Below, one piece after another: positions 1-11,100 of a DNA stretch of 64,000 nt. This DNA comes from Phoronis australis (Eukaryota > Animalia > Phoronida): positions 866,841 through 930,840 of the forward strand of contig NMRA01000104.1 in the NCBI GenBank assembly GCA_002633005.1, written 5' to 3'. The notes beneath the pieces are model-generated. The model did no database searches and was not told where the DNA came from. It worked only from the letters and a program-made list of their open reading frames with translations. Position numbers and translations under genes: made by a program. The first letter of the stretch is position 1. Every line of letters begins with the position of its first letter.

Positions 1-620
1 CCACCCAGAAAAACTTGAAGAATCAGACAACAACAAATAACATATGAAAGTCCAGTGGCTCGAAAACGAGGCAGCAAATGTGCCTGACGAATGTTTACGG
101 CATTGTGGGTAAATACAACTAGATTCGAGTGTCGTTGTGTAATCCGGGACTGCCCTATTGCCAAGAACCGCAAGTAAATAGTACTAACTGTATGTTTTAA
201 TTCTACTAGTTATATGCTTCGACCGTACAGTTAATAGCGGAAAGCGATTGAGAAACAATTCTAATAAACTTCAGCACTTAAGTAAATAACCCCGGCATGA
301 ATCCTGAAGGTTACTGGAGTGACTCCAACACTGACTTATTCAGTTCTGACAGTGGCGTTATTTTGAACTCGGGAGACGATGTGTGCGTTAAGATATTGTC
401 CTTCGTTATTCGTAGGATTCACAAAGTCTTGTAGGTGATACTCAAACATTATACTAAGACCGTAAGTTATTTTTAGAAATGCCATTGCTTGAAAGAACGC
501 TTGTTAGCTGTCCCGCCGGTTTTCGGAGGTAGCGCAGCTTAGAAAACTTTAAAAAAGTCACTCAGCTACTTTGAAATTTGTACAGACATCTTAGCCGAGT
601 ACAGAGATTTTATCGCTTAC

Positions 621-755
621 TTCTCTCCGAGCCAGTTCTAAATGTCGTCTGCTGGCATTTTCCTCCTCGATAATTCTACGTTTCAAACACTCACTGACGC
701 CTTGCTATGCGAGGCTACCTAATTTTATAAGCACTTCCTTGTGATGGTCACGTGA
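621..755 (-). promoter_or_regulatory. Putative promoter and non-coding first exon of a minus-strand gene running off the left edge
   Basis: Minus strand: E-box TCACGTGA 748-755, TATAAAA 729-723, Inr-like TCAGT 697-693, then donor GAA|GTAAGC at 620. No coding exon recognised in the window. Confidence 0.4.
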
Positions 756-1140
756 TACATTTTCCAATTCCCACTATAAAAAGGTTTATTTCGATGCTCC
801 GAAACTGTTATCCGTTCCTAACTACGTCAAAAATCCACAGAAGTTTGGGGGGTTACAGTGGTCAATTTTCTGAGTTGAAAGTTGTTCGTCTTTTGTTAGC
901 CATCCCGAATCCATCTCAATATTTCATTAAGATATCCGAAAATTAGATGCCCTTTTTTGACAGTTATATAGGATTCAATCTTTATTGAAAATTATGGACC
1001 TTGAGGATGATGACGACACATGGTCTTTCTTCAATAGTCATTCGAGACATTAAATTTTTTGGTCAACTTGCCTATCTATTTGCCTCAAAATTCTTAATTT
1101 AACATGCTTTTTGTCAACAAAATAACATTACCCTTACCTT

Positions 1141-1294
1141 CATGGGCGGCGCACCATAGGGGATAGGGGGCTGTGGGGCTATAGCCCCACTTCTTCAGTG
1201 CTAGGTCGCACATGATCTATAGGCCGGGCGGTGCACCACAGGGGGGGTGAGGGGGCTTTAGCCCCCTACTTTTTTCAGTGCTGCGCCGCCCATG
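1141..1294. mobile_element. Non-autonomous DNA transposon (MITE) with 5-bp TSD, hAT5-like
   Basis: 13-bp TIR CATGGGCGGCGCA / TGCGCCGCCCATG; ACCTT immediately on both sides; internal ~60-bp dimer of G-rich units. Confidence 0.75.
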
Positions 1295-2020
1295 ACCTTG
1301 CTGGTTAAGTTGAAACAGGTTGAAAACTAAATTTATGACTTCTTCTGAACATCAAAGACGGTCCAGGTATTTTTAATTACTGAAATGTACTCATTAGGTA
1401 TATAGCAGTGTGATTTTAGTATTGAGCTTATTTTACTCCAATTATGATCTATTTTTCCTCGTTTCATTGGTTCAATGTGACCAACAGTGTTTAAAATAAT
1501 GTGCTTGTTTTAATGCCCGATGCAATGTTTTTGCTGATAAATGGCGCATTGTACTCGAAAAAATTTTTTCCGGCCAAATTCATTGGCAACTTGGCAAAAT
1601 GTGCAACTATAAACGCGGAACCTTGAAGAGTACACCTGTGAATGAGGTGGAAAACACCTATTTGCGGGGTAAAAATGCTCACCCTACAGCCCAAGCCCAC
1701 TGCACCTACCCGAGCTAGCCTGTCAGCAACCCCGAGTAGCGGCAGCATATATGAGGCACCTGCCTACCGCCTCGGCGGCGGGACCTCTCTGTGCGTTTAG
1801 TTTTCCCAGAGGTAGAACATAAGGGAGAAAACAAAAAACACACCTCCTCTATCCACATGTCATCCTGGTAACTCTATTGTCATTGAGTAATTGTTGTGTT
1901 TGCACTAGAGGCCAACTAACAGGTCTTAAAGAGGAAATTTCACCTCATTGCAAAGTGTTGTAACGTCATAAATTTTTTTTATTCTCGTGTGGCAGGAAAG
2001 ACCACCGTAAGTTAAACCAG

Positions 2021-2068
2021 GCGCATGCGCTGTTGTTTCCCGGTCTTTCACGTTTTCAAGATGGCGGA
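2021..2068 (+). promoter_or_regulatory. eIF3b core promoter motifs
   Basis: Perfect NRF1-type palindrome GCGCATGCGC 2021-2030; pyrimidine TCT/TOP-like TCTTTC near 2044; YY1-like CAAGATGGCGG overlapping the ATG at 2061. Confidence 0.55.
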
Positions 2069-2196
2069 GGACAGGGCAGAGAGTGGAGGACGCAAAAAGT
2101 CTAAAAAAGACGACGAAAATGGTGTAGAAAACGGCTTTGACGAAGAGCCTGATTTTTCAGATCCTCCAGGTTACGTTGATGACATAACCGACGAAG
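2061..2196 (+). CDS. eif3b: eIF3b exon 1
   Basis: [10 protein letters not shown]...[20 protein letters not shown]; donor AAG|GTAAGG, phase 1. Confidence 0.9.
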
Positions 2197-5100
2197 GTAA
2201 GGATGAAATATTTAGTCTAGTGTTCTCAGTATGATCGGGTTTCGCCCATGCAAAAGCCTGGCTGACCACTCGGCGGACTCAGCTGCGATCTATTCTTTTC
2301 TTTGACAACGACATCTTCGATTTATGCAGACAATTACAGAATATAACACTTTGTTTGATTGTTCACTTAAACCATCTTCGTTTACAATATAATGCCAAAT
2401 CTGCGCACGTGCGTAAATCTGATATTAAGTTCTGACTTTCGTAACAGATGTTTTTTAAAGTGTTACCCAACACCATTTTCGAGTAAGAAATTAGACTTGG
2501 GATCGCTAGTTTAAACCATAGGCCTACTAAAATTTTGGAAGCTGCTACTGCCATAATCTAATGAGCCGCTAACTTTTTATTGGCCATCTCGTATAAAGGG
2601 GTGCTAATAATCATGATTAAATGGATAACTACATTTGAAGAATAATTTTCCACTAAACTATTTATGAGACTTGTGACTTCAAACCGAAGCTATCAATAAT
2701 AGGATTTTGGGAGTATGTAAAATTCAACTGTGTGCCAGATCAAAAATTGAGTGCCACCTGTACAAAATAATTCACTTGAGATAAAAACATCTTGTGTCCC
2801 AACTTTCCAAAACAACCCTGCAATATTTATTAATGGAGTGATGGTGTAAATTTAGTTTTGAATGCTGTTAACGTTATTTACTAGCTATTTTTATTTATGG
2901 GTCCCCATGCAGCACAACGTAATAATATGTTTGTTTATTACATCTAGGTATCTGCAACGTGATTACACATGCACTGCACATGCTCAGTTTGAGGCTGCAA
3001 ACTTTTGTATTCAGTGATTGTCTGGTTCCTTAATGAGAACTGTTGCACTGTCTTATATAAATGTTCTAGTTTTGAGCTCATTTTTACAGCTTTTTGATTT
3101 GGTGAAAACAAAGCTTGCAAAACGGTACTAAAATCAAATTCTTGTTGGAGTTAGCAAGCATCAACATATGTCAGCCTTGGCCTTGTACAACCTAAGCTTT
3201 TTCACGAATAGTGCCTTACCCTAGCTAAACCATCTACGTACGTTGCGTACCTTTCAAGTGCAGAAGGAGACCACTGATGTCTTTGATTCACTCCTTCTCA
3301 AATATATGTTTCCGTAAATGTTAGGCTCCTTCATTCACATGCAGATGTATTAGTCAACATCTGTGACTGGACACAAGACCTCTGTAAATTTGCGCCCATG
3401 CTGAAGAAGGTAGTTCACCCCTTGGAACACAACACAAGTTTGACTTAATTTTGCAAATCAAAAGGTTACCTGAAGTAGTTACAATATCCTAATGAACCAA
3501 AACATAGCACCAGGTGTGCAAAAAGACAGAGTCGGATGATAATGGAAGTGACTGTGAACATTCTGCCTTGGTATTGTTTCTGAGTTTGGTTGTTCTGTTG
3601 ACTCGTATTGTTCTGTTGACTGTCTAATTGTTCTCTTCTCTGTTTAATTGCTTAGATGACTGTAAAATTGTTCTGTCGAAACAAGTTTAAAGATCAGGCC
3701 TGGCATCATTTTATCGACATACGCAAATGTCATAGTTAATATCCGATTGCATTGGTTCACAAAGAGGAAAATATGTTTCTATTTTCCAGAATTGCTCGGA
3801 GACTTGTTACGTAATAAACCTCACGAAGCAGATGGAATAGACTCCGTAATTGTTGTTGATAACATCCCTCAAGTGGGACCTGAACGGCTCGACAAGTTGA
3901 AACATGTCATCCGCAAGATCTTTTGCAAGTTTGGCAAACTTGTTACTGAACATTATCCTGAGGATAATGGGAAAACCAAAGGGTAAAGTGTTTAACTGAT
4001 ATTGTCCGGTTGATATCAATGCTTACTCAACTTTGTCTTTTATCTTCTCTTGAAAGGGGTTTAAAAGCAATGGCTAAACAATGGTCTTGTCAAATTTCGT
4101 AAGTATAGCACAGTGCATGAAATACACAGCTGATTTGTGTGCGTCAATAAAATAATTGCTAATTCTTAAATTTCAGTTACATCTTCCTTGAGTATGACAG
4201 TCCTCATCAAGCCAACCAAGCAGTGAAAGCCACCAATGGCTATAAGTTGGACAAGCAACATACTTTCATTGTGAATTTGTTTACAGAGTTTGAGAAGTAA
4301 GTACTCTCCTACAACAATAACTTTCATGGTCTTTGTTTTAAATGGACGCAAATTGGAGAGAATTTAAGCACTGCACTGCTGTTGGTTTTCAAATGCTTTC
4401 TGAGACAGTTGTTGGCTCGTGGACATCCAGTGACATCGTTGAAAACATGGAGATATGGGCTGCGTTCAGTAAATGCCGTGAATTTACGGAGTAAAGCTAT
4501 ACTGATCATGTGCTTTGATTGTAGTGCATGGCAATATCTTACCAAGCATTTTGTTGCAGCAGAAATGTTCCTACTGATGAGAGCTTGGCTGTTGTGTTTT
4601 TTATAGGGAACGGAATTCTGCCATTCCCCCGAGTGTTAGATTATTTCTGTGCTGCCTCAATATCTACCAAGCTTTAGAAATGATGTCATCAAATTTGAGA
4701 GATTTGTTCCTATTGATGCATAGATGACGATCTTTCGGCAGCTCTGAATACTGCTATCTCCCTTGGTGACAGTTCATTTTTGTAAAAAATATTTCCAAGT
4801 TCTTTAAGGGATCGTCACTGCGATGTACGCAGTGGGCATATACACACATCCTGTATTGCTTTTGTGAAATTCACAGTACAAACGATGTATAAGAACGCTT
4901 TCAACTGAGTAAATAATGGAGTGGTGTAATGATTAAATAGACTAAATTGTGGTCAGTGCCAGTGTTTAAAGTTAGTGATATTATTATGTATGTTTACTAC
5001 AAGCACCAGGTTTGTCATTACAAGACTTGCACATGTAGCAGACATGATATATCTGAGGGAATTTAGTGAAAGTGTGTGCTGTTTGCAGGTATGTCAGTGT

Positions 5101-8100
5101 TCCCGACGAGTGGGAGACACCAGAGCCTCAGCCTTACAAGGACACTGTGAGTAGATAGTCCTTGCCTGCTCTCCGTAGACCCAAGACACTCGAGTAGACA
5201 CAACGTCACGCACGTGATTGCGGGTGAAATTCTTGCATCTGCGGAGTGCAGCCCAGGCTTACGCTTGTTTCTATTAGTACTTGGAACTAGTGTTCATTGG
5301 GACTTCTGGTTATTATGATTATTTGTTTATGAATTCAAAATGTAGTGGATGGATAGCTCTGGTAAAGGCATTGTAGTGTTAAAGACTCTAAAACTGTGGG
5401 GGGAATCCTTTTATGCACTGATCATTTTTTACTGGCGTTACTCTGTTGTAGAAAGCAGAAGTACACATTGTGGTGTAGGTTGTCATGGCAAGGCATCATT
5501 GAGAATGAGTTGAAAGCCCTTAGCCATTCACACAGGCAGAATTTGTACTAATGACTGGCCCAATGGGTCTAATGGCTCGTCAAATTGCCACATTTTAGCT
5601 ACTATATTTGGAAGACATGAACTTGAGGTGTGTTTTCTATGTGATATGGCAGTGTTCTCCACAATAGAATTCCCAAACTCGTCACAAATTTCTGAGTTCA
5701 GTTTTGGTAGTTAACAATGTCCCTATCACAACCACTACACTGGAGATATTTATCTAAGTTTCAAATGCATGCACTAAAGTGGTGTTATGATAGATGATGT
5801 GCATGTATTGATGTATCATTCAGGGTAACCTCTACCACTGGCTCATGAATGGTGACTGCCAGGATCAGTTCAGTGTGATTTATGATGGAGGTGAGAAGAC
5901 TGCTATCATGTTGAACACTTCCCAAGAACCAGCTGTGGTGGAGGAAAGGGCGGTAAGTCACAGTGTCTTAATCGGCGCCACCCAGCGATGTCGAGTCTGT
6001 TTTTGGTGTCTGCCATTTTGTCCACAAAACTGCTCAAAAGACTATTATGACACCTATTCCTTGCGAGCGGCCATTCTATTGTTTTCAATCTTTTATTTGC
6101 TTCTGTATCTGCCCAACCATTTCTGGGATCGTCACGAAAATTGGTATATGAGTCCTGAACTGGGTTTTCACATAGATCCGACAATTATGGTGCCCTGTAG
6201 TGGCATTTTTGCAGCTCTGTTTCCCAAACGTTTATAAGGTCTTTTTGAAATTTCAGTTGTATTTCTGTTAACTTGGCAACAAGCAGACAAATGAATGTGA
6301 CTAGCGCTTGGCCTCCTAATAGCAGTGTGTTTTCATGTTTGCCTTTGTATCTTAGAAGTTCCGTGATATATTTTCACGAAATGTGACATATTTTTCGAAT
6401 TGTGAGATGTTGACACCTTTCAATTTTAGGACAGGTTTGACATACTCAACGCCATCTAATGGCAATTTTACGATACTAATAAACATCCCTAGTAGCATAA
6501 CGTTACGGTGAAGTTGTGTGTGTTTAAAAGACATAGTATCTGTATGTAGACTGGTTATGTTTACACTCCTTGTACTATCGAATGTATTCATTACAGCGTT
6601 GGACAGAGACATATGTGCGCTGGTCTCCCAGTGGCTCTTACCTGGCCACCTTTCACCAAAAAGGCATAGCCCTGTGGGGTGGGGAAAACTTTAAACAGAT
6701 CATGCGCTTCAGTCACCCAGGCGTACAGCTTATTGACTTCTCACCTTGTGAAAGGTAAACTTCAATAGGCACCAGCTTCTACGATGGAAGTGGGGTCCTT
6801 TTATGTAAAATATTCAAGAATGAACACTGCTAGGCCTCCTTCCTGTCAATCTCCTGGCAATCACTAATCTACTGGCATAGGAGTCAGATGAGCTTGCAGA
6901 CTTAATACAATGTTTGTTGTACCGATTACCAATAAACAGGGAAAAAGTTGAGCGATGAAAAAAGAGAACAGTATATATAAAATATCAACAAGTTCCAACA
7001 AAATATTTTTTTCCATATTTCATGGGAAATAACCTCTGATGAAAAGTTAATGTCCTGGTTTGAGAAACTGTCAAAAGTGAACTAAGCAGATTTAGTAGTC
7101 ATTTTCGACGTGCCTGCTGACCTAATTTTCATTTGTACGAGCCATGTACGGAAGCAAGGGCTGTTGTTGACCCGCACATTTCAATCACTCATTGCTGAGA
7201 GGTTTTAATCGGTGCAAGCAGAAACTGAGGTGGTTGTGTGGAATTGGATTTTTAATGGCAATTTCTTTAATTTCGGACTGAACTCTTGTGACGGTCGTGT
7301 GAAGAGAACGGAGGATGGTTATTTTATGATCCAAGTTTGTTGCCTAACAACTGTGAGGGTAGAACCTTTGCTTGACAATACCGCAAAAAAGCTATCACAT
7401 GTGATTGTATGTTTGGCTGTGTTATAGGTACTTGGTGACGTTCAGCTCTTTGCCCAGTCACGCAGATGAACCCACCGCCATCATTATCTTTGATATCAGA
7501 ACAGGACACAAAAAGAGAGGCTTCCATTGTGAAAATGCTTCAGCTTGGCCCATTTTCAAGTAAGTAGCCCTATCTGTCATTCTTCGTATGAACCGATGAA
7601 TTAAATGGTGTATATGCATTGTTCAGACCTTATTAACCTATTTAAAGAGGTGCGATTTACTTGGATTGATGACCTGGCTCGTCTTTTTATCATTATCTTG
7701 ACTTTTTTCGTACAAAAACGTTATTGCCCTAGGATTTCATCACAATTTTTGGAAAAATAATCGTAATTTAGCAACGGAGCTTTAGAGCAACGCACCTCAA
7801 TTTTGTAGAAAGTCTTTCATAGGTTACAGGTACGTCACAGCATAAATTTGATGAATCCTAGCTTAAGATTTCGCCCTTTTCGGAGACCGGGTTTCAACCG
7901 GCTTAGGCGACCTCCTCCTGAAATGAATTTTTCTAAGAGCCCTGGGCGCTTATTAGGGCGAATACGGTATCTGTTTATTACTCATTTTTTTACTGGCTTT
8001 AACATAGTGAGTGCATTTTCAGGTGGTCTCATGATGGCAAGTACTTTGCAAGGACTAGTCAAGATGTGATGAGTATATACGAAACACCAGTAAGTAGTCT

Positions 8101-11100
8101 ACAACTGGTGTTTAATGCGTAGAGAGATGTGTATGTTTAGATGTGTACCAGTATGTATGTGTAGATGTGTACTTGTATATACAGTGCTCGACGCTTAGCT
8201 AAATGCCAAGTTGCATTTGGTGACCTGGCAAATATCCCAGGTCTTCAAGCAAAATCTGAAGTTGCCATAACTGAAAATTCGAAGGTTTCCTATTCTGTCC
8301 TATATGTCGTAAACTTCCGTTGACCAAAAAACCTTGTCAGGGCACTCATTCTTGTTCTGCTTCTTTGATTTCCACTGCAAATTACGTATGTTCATTTTCT
8401 AACTCAATCACTCCTCCCGCCGGGCATAGAAAGCAGACAACAGCATGCACTGGTGGCACGAATTTCGCCGAACGCACCGGATTTTTTTGGCAAACAATTC
8501 CCACTTCTGTCTTTTTACTTTCTGTTGTACTTTAAACGAGGTGGCTAATGTAAAACATCTTTATGTATTCAACACCAGTTAGCTGTCCCCAGCTGGTGTT
8601 AAAAACAACATACAACTAAATGATTCCGTAAAGTCTTTATTGCCTTCAAGCCATAATGTTGTCTTTGCTTTTCCTTCTTTCAGTCATTTGGTTTATTGGA
8701 GAAGAAAAGTATGAAAATCAAGAATATACAGTAAGTTGAATGTGTCCTCTTATCTACGTATAACATGCACTTAAATCACCGTCAGCAAAATGTTCTATAA
8801 CACTCAGCAAGCCAATGGCCATCTTAACTCGTTCATTCATTACTGTACTGTTGTGTGTGTTGTGCATATTGTGAATATCAACTGCATTTTCGTAGTTATT
8901 AAACGTGCTTTGCCAACACCTTCAACCAATAAATGAAAAACCAAACCGTATGTTGAGAGGACAGTGTAACCGAAGGCAAACCACAGAGTCTAAATCTAGG
9001 CACAGCTTCCAAGTGCTGGTTGACTGAAACATTAAAATAGAGGATTTCTGATAAAATGCCTGGAACGGTTTTTCGTGAGAAACGACTAAATCGAGTTGCT
9101 TTGGGTACATTTTGTTAACTTTATGTTGTTTTGCTGTTGACATTTGATTATCAGGCTGGTGTCTTTGAATGCTCTTATAGCACAGTGGTGAATACATGCT
9201 GGTTTGTTACTGTATTGTAAATGTGTTACATTTTGTTCATTTTGTGTGTACCCTGTTAGCATTCATTTACACCTGGCATACGTGAACTGGGCAAACAAGA
9301 AAGAATAGTTTTCAGATAACAACTTTTAATGTTGACACTTGTCAACAAATGTTAATAATAATAAACAGTACCAAACTGTTCTTAACAACAGTAGTCATGT
9401 TTGGGCCCCGGTAACGCATTTTGAAGGTCTGTTGAAGTTTGGCAGTGATAGTTGGGAGTTTCTGCTGCAGGGACTTTGCGTGGTCGCCAACTGACAACTG
9501 GTTGGCCTACTGGGTGCCCGAGGAGAACCAGGCACCAGCTCGGGTAGTGTTGTTAGGCATTCCCAGTAGGAGAGAGCTACAGGTGAAGAATCTGTTTAAT
9601 GTGGCCGATTGTAAGATGCACTGGCAGAAGAGTGGTGATTACCTGTGTGTTAAGGTGGACAGGTACACCAAGCTAATCAAGAAGGAGAAAGAGCCGGTCA
9701 AGTATGCGGTGAGTGGCTGTAAAGTTGTCCAGAGTTGGAATGGGGAAAATGGGGGGTGGTGTGATGAGGCTTATTGCTATGGGATGGAGGAACTAGTGGG
9801 GGGTGTGATGTGGATGTTGCTATGGGATGGAGGAACTAGTGGGGTGTGTGTGATGTGGATGTTGCTATGGGATGGAGGAATTAGTGGGGTGTGTGTGATG
9901 AGGATATTTGTTTTTGGATGGGGTAACTAGTGAGGATATGTGATGGTGGTGGTGCTTTTTGGGTGTTAGTTGAAGTGGGAAAGAGTGGGATGTCTGGTGG
10001 GACATTGTAATTGGGTGGGGGAACTAGTTGGGTGTGTGATGGGGATATCGTTATCGGATGGGGGGAATAGTGGGATGTGTGGCGTAGATACCGTTGTTAG
10101 GTGGGGTATGGTGGAACACTGGCAAGTAATACAGTTGTTGTCAGTGTGGCTTTGACTACCAACCTGTACTCTTACAGTAACTGAGAAGGATGATAGTTGT
10201 CTTTGGTTAGAGCTGTGCTCAATGATTTCTACCAAGTATTCGTACTGTCTGACTCAGTTTCCGTGTACCCACTTATATGTATGTGGGCACGTTATGCTGT
10301 CATCCTTGTCCGTCCTGCGTTCGCTGCTGTGTCTCCAAAACCACTTGATGGATATTAGTGGAATTTTGCAGGTTACCATGGATGGGATAACACACTGCAA
10401 ATTTTTCATCATTATCGTGATTATTTAAATTTTAAAAAATATCTTTGTTGCATTGAATTGCCTTCATTGTTGTTGCTGAAATAGATGTCAGGTACTGCTT
10501 AAGATGACTGTGTTTTGACAACATGACACAGTAACAGGGCATCTTGTGATACTAAAGTTTACTTTCGATCTGTTGAGGTATGGTTTAGATTGAAATATGT
10601 ATTAATGGCCGTAAAAATTTCATCTTTTTTGTCATGGGTCATTCCAAGCCCTGAATTTTACATAGTTGAAGACGTTGGTTTTCTTTGCATTAACCTAGAT
10701 ATCTACAAACAAACTTGTTGGCCATTAATCAACATTGGTAAATACTATCATGCGAATGACAGCACCTGGCTCTTTTCAGATGGAATGTTCTGTCCCTACT
10801 GGCCTTATTTTTAGTTTTTGTGTGTCCTTTGTCATCCTCTTTCCTGTCTTCCAAACTGCATGAACAGTCGTGATGAAAGGTGGCAAGTGTGTTCATGTGG
10901 AGGGTAGCATTGCCTCCCTTTGAAGTAATTTTAAGTTTACTAGTGTTAAGTACCGTCCACACTCAGACTTACCATAGAACAACTTGCACTAGTGCAATTT
11001 TCCCTACTTTTATGTTGAGCGTCCACACGCACTTGTCCGATAACGAGGGTAAGGCGGAAGTTGTCGCTCTGTGCATATGAAAAACTGATGCGAATATGGT

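Noticed and set aside
4679-4750. C/D-like ATGATGT...CTGA in intron 3 with 9-nt ATCTTTCGG rRNA-like complementarity
   Set aside because: Box C is imperfect, there is no proper terminal stem, and the match is not adjacent to box D.
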